In this document: positions 53,859-64,000 of the stretch, one piece after another | Numbering within the stretch: the first letter of the stretch is position 1 | Layout: every line of letters starts with the position of its first letter | NCBI RefSeq assembly: GCF_001194135.2 | Contig: NC_068993.1 | Span: 14,563,548 to 14,627,547 of the forward strand | Direction of reading: 5' to 3' | Length of the DNA stretch: 64,000 nt | Source: Octopus bimaculoides | Lineage: Eukaryota | Translations under genes and position numbers: made by a program | The notes under the pieces: generated by a model | What the model was told of the DNA's origin: nothing | Databases searched by the model: none | Seen by the model: only the letters and a program-made list of their open reading frames with translations

Positions 53859-55136
53859 GCGGAATCAATGCTAGATAAGTCGAAACAATTGTCGTGATCA
53901 GTAATATATTCTCGTGTATTCTCGTATATTCCATCTTCCGTCTTTCATTATATATATATATATTCACCCTACCAATACTCATACAATACCAATGCTCAAA
54001 CAAGAACTAATCAAAAATGTTCTCGTTGGGAACACTTCACGGAATGTATGTTTTGATTTTGTAGCGAACAATGTTTGAATCTTCATTCGGAAAGTACACC
54101 TCTGTCATGGCTTGTGAAACTGGCAGAGTCCCAAAGACCTGCACGGCCACTATATTATCTTTTTTCTGAAAGCTTACAGTTTGCGTCTAATACGATAATA
54201 TTTTCGAAAGACACACTTTATCCCTTCGCTGTAGTTTTTGGCAAAACCTCATTGTCCATTATGTTTTTGTTAAACCTATAACTACAAGATACTTCAATAA
54301 GATTTGTTCGGGGGCCGTGAAAAGATCTGCACTAGAAATATATATGCTATGATAAAAATATTACATCTGATATATGTAAAGAATCTCGCAAATGGAAATA
54401 TTTAAACTTAATAATAGAATAGCTGATAACGCATTTACAGACTCCTAAAACTATAAATAGAAGACTCTTTGAATGGCCATCCTTCCATCTTCCTTATCAG
54501 TTTTGCAAAATGAAGGTTACAATAACCCCGGTGCTGGCAGAAAATGTTTCTGTCAGGGTTACTATGACCAAAGACTACTGAACTAAAATATGTCACATCA
54601 TACTTTAAAATATATTGTTCTCTACTTGCAAAATTATTTATAATAATAGATTTTCGCTATCAACTCTTAGATATCAACATTGCAGATACGGTATTGTATT
54701 CGGTATAGATAAGTCTAATTCATTCATATCAAAAACGAAATATCGAAACTTCCATGAAAATAAGATTCCATAGACAGAATCGAATCTCTGTCGAAAACTA
54801 AATTTAGATACCATATACTGTTATTCATACAAAACTAATTGTAACATAATTAGCAATTTAAATACTTCTATTGTTCATTTAACTCTTGTATACATTTACT
54901 AATTTCATAATAGCCTCTACTTATGAAAGAATTAATAGTGACTAATGTTTAATATAATCACCAAATAAAATTGCAGTAAATATCAATGCATAAACCATGT
55001 GCATAAATATGTAGACAATAGATGGCTTTGGCCATGAGTGACCATTTTGCGAACCTTCAATTCTTGAAGGGAGACAATCCGAAGACAGTAATGACATTGA
55101 GCTCCACCTAAACAAACAGGATATAACACAACGTTA

Positions 55137-55364
55137 CTCTTTTACGTGTTTCAGTCATTTGACTGTGGCCATGCTGGAGCACCGCCTATTAGTCGAGCTA
55201 ATCGACCCCAGGACTTATTCTTTGTAAGTCTAGTACTTATTCTGTCGGTTTCTTTAGTTGAACCACTAAGTTACGGGGATGTAAACACACCAGCATCAGT
55301 TGTCAAGGGATTTTTGGGGGACAAACACAGACACACAAGCATATTCATACACACACACACACAC

Positions 55365-55436
<72 letters not shown>

Positions 55437-55597
55437 GACGGGTTTCTTTCAGTTTCCGCCTACCAAATCTACTCACAAGGCTTTGGTCGGCCGATGCTAT
55501 AGTAGAAGACACTTGCCTAAGGTGCCACGCAGTGGCACTGAACCCGGAACCATGTGGTTGGTAAGCAAGCTACTTACCACACAGCCACTCCTACGCC
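55137..55597 (-). mobile_element. SINE family A, best-preserved copy: tRNA-like head, internal (TA)n(TG)n, 3' tail
   Basis: A-box-like TGGCTGTGTGG (55587-55577) and B-box-like GGTTCAGTGCC (55544-55534). Head 55436-55597, microsatellite about 55345-55435, tail 55137-55335. At least 8 related fragments occur in the window. Confidence 0.85.
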
Positions 55598-56731
55598 TAT
55601 GTGTATGTGTATATATTCGATAAAAGCAAGATTGATATTTAGATAAACAGGGACAAAACATTAGAAATGATCGCACACTTACGACCGTTACACCATGTTA
55701 TATTTTGATTGATATGCGTTAAGTGTTTTCAATACTAAAACAATAAAAAAATAGAAGAACATAACGCCTGAAAAAACGAGTCCCTGATTCAAGAGGTCGA
55801 GCATTTTACATAACTGCTGAGCATTTTAGATAACTGCATCATAGAAGTAATTAGTAATTACGTAGCAGTGAATATACATTTACCGGTCAGGCGTTGCTCT
55901 GCATGGGAAGAATGACCGCGGATAAGTACATTAGTATTGCGTTCAGCGTATATAAATGAAAGTACAGAGGAAATATTGTTGGATCATTCCACACAAACAC
56001 ACACATTCTCATCTAAATAAAAACACAAATGCCCTTACAATATTCGTTGTTATGGGAAATAAAGATTACGTACCGTTGTAATTTCAGCTGCCGATACCAG
56101 TGTTGTCTTTATTTTCAAGTGTTTCAGATGTTATATTTTTATATACCTTTATACATTTGCACTTTTAGCTATCATTAGCAGTATATTTGTATATATTTAA
56201 CGAATAATGTTATGTGTTTCACTTGCAAATAGGAAAAGAAACATTGAAACTGTGTCGAAATCTGTGGTCAACAGGAGCATATCATCATTGGACACCAGTC
56301 ACATGAGTGATGTATAACCTACATAAAATTATGTCTTCTGTTTATTTTCTCTCGTTATTATTCATTACTTTCACGTACATATTTTTATAGAAATAATTTA
56401 TAAACATAATAATCCATCTCTTACATATATTTGTTGAAATATGAATTATTTCTAATTTCATTTATTTAAGTTGCTTACAATTTGATTTCATAGTTATGAA
56501 GCCAATATTCAAATATATTTTTCATAGCCAACATTGATTCCTCTTTTGCTTTTTCAAAAAAGTAAAAATAATATATATACGTCATTATGTCATCATCTTC
56601 AACTTAAATGCTGAAATGAATAACACTGAATCGATAAGATATTTCTCATTACAGAACATACGAGCTTTTCTTGTCTTTCAACGAGACTTGTTGAAGACGA
56701 TCGAAAGCAAGAGTAAAGTAGAGGGAGTGAG

Positions 56732-56770
<39 letters not shown>

Positions 56771-59244
56771 AAGAAGAACACCAAGAAAATGACGGAGCTA
56801 CAGATAGATTATAAGACAAAGATATAAAGAGAGAAAATATCTGGATATATGGCGACACAGAGAGAAAGAAAGAGGAAGAGAGATAAAAATAAAGAAATAG
56901 CTAGAGAGATAGCTTTCATCAATGTACACCGATCAATAAGTATATAAATCAATTGAAACACCAGTTTGATAAGAGAATTCAGAATTATTTTTTCCTATAA
57001 TTATGACAAGGCCTCATGATCTCTATTTATTTTATTTAAAATAGCTTTATTAAAATATAATATATATTGTTTTTTTTTTACTTTTTTTTGCTTTTGTTTT
57101 TGTATTTACTTTGGTATGTTTTTCTTATATACTCTTATTGGAGTATTGGAAAACAACACGATATTATAAAATAAATATGAGAGGAAAATATTTCGAAATA
57201 TTGTGGAAAAATACAAAATCTGACAGAAGGATGCAACATAGAAATCTAAAACTGAAAAGTATAGAAAAATATTAAAAAAAAAGAAGAAGAATTATAAATA
57301 TCAATTTTTCTTCCCAGATGAACAATCAATTATTAGTTTATATAAATTTTGTAATGGGTCTTTATTTTCTCATGATCAGATATCTCATTTCCCAGATTTA
57401 ATCGACGTATAGAAATAGTGCATCTATATTAGATATTATTGATTCCTCATATAAGCACTAAGACTTTTATCATCGAGTCCTAAGTCGATGAATTGAACCA
57501 GCGTTCATTGCAGGTATTTACTGCTTCGCTCCAGGAATGGTACAAATGAAAGCCTATTCCAGCAATATTTGAATTATAAACTTAAGGATATCTAATTAAA
57601 CGTTGCTTATAACTTTGTCAGTACCATACGTCACCCTATATATCAAATGTTATTGGCATTCCAAACCTAAGTGAATGAGTGATGCAAGCATTTTATACGA
57701 AATAAACAAAATATTGACGAATGAAAGAGAAACGAAAGAAACGCGAAATAACGTCAAATAATTGATGGCTAACTATTATGCAAGTCATGACAATTGAAGA
57801 AACACCTTGCGCTGACAATCGCAGAATGCGCACAGCCAAAAGATTAAAAAAAAATCTGTACTGCTAGAAACTGGTGTAACATATGCGATGTAGGCAGAGA
57901 CAAATTAGGAAGACAAGCATAAACTTCATAGAAGAAATAGACGGTAGTTTAAGTAAAACGATCGCAGAACATTGTTAGTAATGTTATGAAATGATGCAAA
58001 CGCCCCCAATCTATCAAGATTCCATATAGAAACGCAATGGTTCGATTAAAAATTTTGGAGTAAAATTTCCCTCCACACAACAAGAAACTCGAAAATTAAA
58101 GCAAGATTCGGCAGCAGACATAGGTGTGTTGTGCTACGATGTCTCCTTAACTACAACCGACCTCCTCGTAATTCAAGAATAAACTATATCTAAGAATAAA
58201 TGATATCAAGACAACACACAAAAAACAAGCTGACATGTTACTATAACATCATCAGTTTACGTGATCGTTATACAAATATTAAATTTATAATATGAGTTTA
58301 AAAGAACACACTCCTGTTGATGAGGGGAGAATATATTTTGATATGGTGACTAAACAAAACGACAAACAGTAACGGCGAATATGTCTTTTGTGTTTAATCA
58401 GTAATAAATTTTCCGAATTACCGGTTTTAGCACACGGTATTAGATGAAAATATTCAAAATAACTTCAGAATCTTTAAAAAAAGAATAATTACTCTAAAGT
58501 GTTGTCGAGAGTAAAGGTTAGACTGGCCAGGGTGAACAAATGTTAATCTTGGTTTAAAAATGAAGATAGAAATTAGAGAGAGGAATACTGCACTAGATTA
58601 AACTAATTCAGTTGCTGTGAGGCTTGAGCAAAAATGTTGATGACAATAATGAATAAAAATTAACATACTTTAAAAATATCTTATAACTTGAAACTGCAAT
58701 ATTTCATTGTGCAGTTGTTGCAAAATATTGGTTAGAGTTTTGGTTACATATATAGTTATACATTTGTGAGCATCATTATACATAAATTAACATCATGTGT
58801 ACTTAGTGGAAAGAAAAGGATATTGTCGATGACATAACTAGAGCACATTTTTTACGGCTTGTACACAAGCATCCATTATGATATTATTATTTTTCATTTC
58901 TTTATTCTTCTAAAATTAGCGTTCTGTTCATTTTGAAAAGAACGGAAAAAGTAAAAAAGAAAATGAAAAATCTATTTCTGTTAACAATTACACACTAATT
59001 ATTATTATTAAGATATCTTGGAATTAATTTCTTTTCAAGTAAATTCTGAAGTCATTAATTTCATAACTAAATTAAATTCTAGCAACACTATATTGAATGT
59101 GCCATCCAAACTGATTATATGTGAAAATGATATTATTTTAGCAGACAGAGATTTCATATTTAATTCAAGATGAAATCACCAGCCACCCAAAGAAATCTGT
59201 AAATAACCTTTGTATAATCGATTATGACAAACATTCATTCGTAG

Positions 59245-59326
59245 GCGATATTTTCAATTTTGTTGGTGTGCGGGTGTTAAGCAATACTAAATATCCGGGC
59301 GACTACGCTGTGGTATCGATTCGCAG
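59245..59326 (+). CDS. Candidate internal coding exon of an unidentified host gene
   Basis: Acceptor CATTCATTCGTAG|G and strong donor CAG|GTGAGT. The 82 nt have only one open frame, (G)DIFNFVGVRVLSNTKYPGDYAVVSIR, with phases 1 and 2, and are GC/CpG-richer than the flanks. No recognised homology. Confidence 0.4.
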
Positions 59327-59632
59327 GTGAGTTATCATTATTATTATTGATGAGTTCGCAAAAAAAACAAAGCTAATATCTTAATTGATCACATTTTATT
59401 TATTTATAATTTTATGGGGGCATGTAAAAAATTGTTTATAACCTTCGTATTGGTGAATGAATGGCTGTGTACATTTAAACTAGTTGAAACTTGCAGATAT
59501 ATTGATATTCCACCAAATACGTTAAGACTGCAATATACGCTTATTTACTTTGTACCTTTTCTATGTTCAGCATGTCTGTTCTAAACCTTTGTATATTTAT
59601 ATGTAATTTGCCTGCAATGACAATAAAGACCT

Positions 59633-59790
59633 AATGGCAGAATCGTTACAATTTTGAAGATGTTGCCTTCTGTTATTTCCTTTTGTTCTTTACATTACGA
59701 GTTCAAGTCTTTCTAAAGACATCTTAGCATTTCATCTTTATTGCATTGACATAATAATATAAACCTCAAGTACAACTGAACACCGCGATC
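59633..59790 (+). mobile_element. SINE family B, old degenerate copy
   Basis: TGGCAGAATCGTTA head, GAGTTCAAGTC B-box-like motif and TTTCATC core. Confidence 0.5.
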
Positions 59791-60124
59791 AGCATTGCTG
59801 GCCTTGAGTTAAGTTAGAAATATATAAGCTGTCAGTTCAATCACAGTTAGTTATGTTTGTTTTGTCATTCAATATCGAACCTGATAATATTATTAACCTA
59901 CAAAATAAGATTGAGAAAATGATGTGAGTAAAGGAAAGAAACTTCGCCGTACGTTGATCAGATAATAATAAATGGCATTTGCAATCTAATAATCATCAAA
60001 AAGAAACAAGACATTGTGTCAGAATCTACTCAGACGCGCATAAGTACATCTGTGTACTGCAGGTTCGGTCTTAGAGCATAGAACCGTGAACTAGAGTTTT
60101 ATACTGCAGCCTTAGATTAACCAA

Positions 60125-60425
60125 TAATGTATGAGTGGAATCTAACAAAGAGGAGCTAGAGAAATTGCCGTATGTTTCAATGTCTGTGTAGATATTGTTG
60201 TGGGGTATTATTGTTGTAAAACTAGAATTGTGTAAAAGAATATATAATAGACTGTAATATAGAGATTGAAAATATAAAGATACATAAAAGAAGTATGAGA
60301 GTGAAATATTTACTGGGCAGATATGACCGACAAAAAACTTCTGAGTATGCATACGAAAAGAGAAATAAGTATAAAATATCGACATATTTTTACATAAAGC
60401 CATTTCTAAAAGAGCTGCACATCCT
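60125..60425 (+). mobile_element. Highly decayed Ty3/Gypsy pol fragment (region preceding and including the integrase zinc-binding domain)
   Basis: ILLWGIIVVKLELCKRIYNRL* (from 60192) and IYWADM (60308-25) match the order and spacing of the recalled Gypsy pattern LLWGxRVVIP..L.KRIL..LH.GH.G....K..AR..VYWP.M. Many stops are present. Confidence 0.5.
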
Positions 60426-60691
60426 TAAATATATAAATATATAAATTATCAACATTATGTTGTAAAATCTGTATAACTTGCACCGAGTAAAAACTGCACA
60501 AGTGAAGATGTGAGACTCAGTATTGCAAATATTTCAAATTGCGATAAAGACATTTTCATTTGTATTGATATGAAATTACGTAGTTTCTCATCGTTATGAG
60601 TGTTTCACTGATTCATATTCTCACTTTCTCTCTATTATTCTCTCTCTCTTATGCACACCAACAATCACACACACATACACACACACACACA

Positions 60692-60759
<68 letters not shown>

Positions 60760-62612
60760 ACCTATATGTATACATATACATGCATGCACACGCATATATA
60801 CGTAGACACATTCATACATGCATATTCATGTATATTTGTTTATATAACGCTATATTTTTGTTTGTATCTCCCTCTCACCCCGTTCAAAACCATAATTCGT
60901 TTCAGTTTTGAACAGATACTTGTACAACATATCTTGATATAAAGTGAAGTGTAAACAAATCAATAATATTTGACTGTTGAAACAACTGTTCTGTTTCTGT
61001 AATATTTATACGGGAATTACTATGGCCAATGGACTGTAAAATTTCCCATCGGATTTCTGTTATTATCTTCCGCATCCTTAGTTGCCCTATATCTGCAATA
61101 GACGAAGACATCTCACAAGCCCTTTATTCATGCAACAAAATGCTATGTATATATGATCAATCTTGTATATTCGTATATTGTATGCAAGTATGTACGCTTT
61201 CATGCAAACGAATGTATCTAAAGGTATAGATGTGTGTATATTTATTCTTGTGTGTCTGCTTATGTACTGCATGTTTTCATTAATATGTATGCATTTATTC
61301 ATATATATGTGCATGTGTACTCTACCAGAAATGTTTCTCTTAGGAGTTACTCTGTTTGATTATATGATGCACATGTTTATGATATCCGAAGTATGACTTG
61401 TACAAGAAGCATGTAGTTCAGTACTTCTTCTCCCTACCTTTATTTAATTGAGCTTAACTTCTTTCTGAATGTATTATTTCTAATGGAGATCAGCAAGTGT
61501 AAGTTATGAAGAACTGAACGCAAACGTTTTGTTTTCGTTTGGTATTTCATTGGATTAGCAAGAGTTATATTCCTTTTTCATGATAGCACTTCATGTCTGT
61601 ACATTTCAACTCACTATAAGCTACAGTTTCTTCATTCACATGTATAATATTTAGGAAAGGTATACTCATATACGGTCGATTTAATGTCAGCTAACTTTAG
61701 AGTGACCATTGAGAATTTCAGAAAATATGTGCAGGTATTTCCTGCAAATATGTATGAGTAATGTATACGACGTGATATAAGTACAGTATAATTCTCTGAT
61801 ATTTTTCACTGGCTGTACACATTTTATTTTATAAATTTTACTATCTAAATTATATTAAGCAACGCAAATATACGTACACACGTACATATAAATTATATAC
61901 ACACTCATGCACACCATCTAATTAGTTGGCTCGCTACGTTTATGTATGTATGTATGTATATTTATACACACACATCCATACATACAAAGAGAGAAAGAGA
62001 GAAGGGCAAATAGCCAGACAGACAGACTGGCGAAAAACCGATTCTGTGCAGATAAAGGTATTTAAATATATGAATTAATATATATCTGGATAGGGAGTGA
62101 ATCACCCACAGGAAAATTTTCACTATAGTAACCATACCAATTATTGAATTCAAAAGATTCCTTTATGCATAAAATAAGGAATTGTATCCTTCACGGTATT
62201 TATGTGGTGAAGGTGTATGTGGTGGATGACAGAATTTCCGTCACTGCAGAAACTACAAGGGAGTAGGGAGGGTGAGATAAAGCTGTCCCTTTAGCTATTT
62301 GTATAGTAGAGTATATGTGAATGAAGAGATAAATGGATACATTAAAATGAAATGAAAAAAAAATTGAAAATAAAAACTGAATTGTATGATTCAAATAGTT
62401 TAGATATCAGAAAATTTAATTAAATAATATTTCTTGCCGTCTTTTAATAAATATCTCTTAAATTTTGAAATTATTCAATAAATCCATAACGAATTTCTAT
62501 TTCCAAATCCTACGCAACAGTTAATACATAGTATAACGATTTAAAATATTCCCTCCGCTCCAATAAGTAACGATTTCAAGCGCCAATTTATTAAAGATAT
62601 CTATGACTCATA

Positions 62613-62626
62613 TAATAATAATAATG

Positions 62627-62673
<47 letters not shown>
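62613..62673. repeat. (TAA)n microsatellite with no adjacent retroelement
   Basis: Directly visible. Confidence 0.95.
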
Positions 62674-62674
<1 letters not shown>

Positions 62675-63639
62675 TTTCAGGAATATTTTTAGCCAGCACA
62701 TTCATCTAAATAACAGTGTATCACATTCAACAATCTGTTATTTACTGCAGCTATTCCATTTAGTTGTTTAAAATGTCTGGGCAATTAAGTATTCTCTGTA
62801 GCTATTCCCCGTGCGCTGATTCACTTGTTATCTTACATCTAAAACGCTTCCGGAAGATAGCATACCGTTGAGTGGCAGGCAGTCTTCAAGTAGGTGATAA
62901 AGAAAGTATCAACAGTCTCAATATATGAATTGATTGGGAAAGTCAATGACTCACAGTTTGAGATAATCTTTAAGGGTCTTCAATGAATGGAGAAAAAAAA
63001 ATTGCATAAATAGAAATCCTTCGGATTTATTTTTGTCTGATATAATCGGTACATAGCGAGCACACACAGTTAGGTGATCCCATATTGATCTCTACCAATG
63101 GCATGCAATTCATGTCAAAGAATGCAGAGTATTTGCAAATACGTGTAAGTATTTCTCCAGGGAATTTACGAATTAAAACCGGAATATGCTATTGACTGAG
63201 TATGTTTGATTAAATCAATCAACCCATACCCCATATTTAGCAATGAGTTGGACATTTGTTATAATGTAATAGATACCCATATTAACAGTTGAGTCACAAT
63301 AAACGGTTGCATTCAACTTGGATCATACGTTTTCACATCTTGGTCATGAGATCGATCTTCAATTGTGGTAAGAGCTTGATAATATGTTCGCAAATAAGAT
63401 AACATATTATTAAGCCAATCAATATCGGGTTGGACCAGTATAGTACACAACGTGATATAATACTAAAATATGCTAGCAAATTAAAGGATAAAACTCCATC
63501 CAAAATAGACGAATGCATAGGAATGTCATAGTGGTATTGATTACGTATATACATAGTAAGATTCTGTGAGCTAGAACACAAATACCATGGACAAGCATAT
63601 GTGAGTGCACAAACGTGTATTTGATTAACTCACAATTGT

Positions 63640-63671
<32 letters not shown>

Positions 63672-64000
63672 ACACGCACACACACACACACACACACACA
63701 AGCACACACACATACATGCGTATATATGAAGGTTTGTATGTATATCGACTTCAATGCACAGCATATTGAGGATTTGCAATATACTCGAGTCAAACAAATC
63801 TGAGTGAAATTTGATGGATGAAAATCTTATTCACGAAAGAATTGGCAATATTTTTGTTGTGTTCATGCCTGCGTGTGGTGGTGGAGGATAATAGACTGAA
63901 TTCACCTCCAACAATATGGCCCAAGAACATACAGCTCCGGTGCATTTATTCAGGCCAGGAGATGTATCTCAGCCTGAAAAGGGTTTCCTCTCTAACAACC

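Noticed and set aside
53870-53900. GAAAC-AATT-GTC, a palindromic stem III-like motif (similar partial motif at 42141)
   Set aside because: No upstream CTGANGA core.
63333-63581. Minus-strand 82-aa hydrophobic ORF with a good acceptor (CTCACAG|AAT)
   Set aside because: No matching donor before the stop, no recognised homology, and the region may be retroelement decay.

Overview
AT-rich, microsatellite-dense eukaryotic draft-assembly sequence with 16 N-gaps, most next to (TA)n. The SINE families and repeat landscape resemble an octopus or other coleoid cephalopod genome, but this is recalled pattern recognition, not a database result. No host gene can be identified with confidence, and nearly all supplied ORFs are microsatellite or gap artefacts. 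Supported content: (1) three same-orientation, 5'-truncated R4/Dong-like restriction-like-endonuclease (REL) non-LTR retrotransposon 3' ends, each bounded by (TAA)n tracts (2.5-4.6 kb), plus a longer degenerate REL element at 7.6-8.8 kb; (2) three mariner transposase remnants, two of them abutting in opposite orientation; (3) many copies of three tRNA-derived SINE families; (4) a probable Gypsy pol remnant near 60.2 kb. Best second-look items are a near-canonical type I hammerhead ribozyme fold at 5237-5281 with further hammerhead-like remnants at 14.0 and 30.3 kb, a 126-bp palindrome with an 80-bp perfect core at 43.4-43.6 kb, and a few short + strand candidate exons whose splice phases are compatible. 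All alignments and folds were done by eye.
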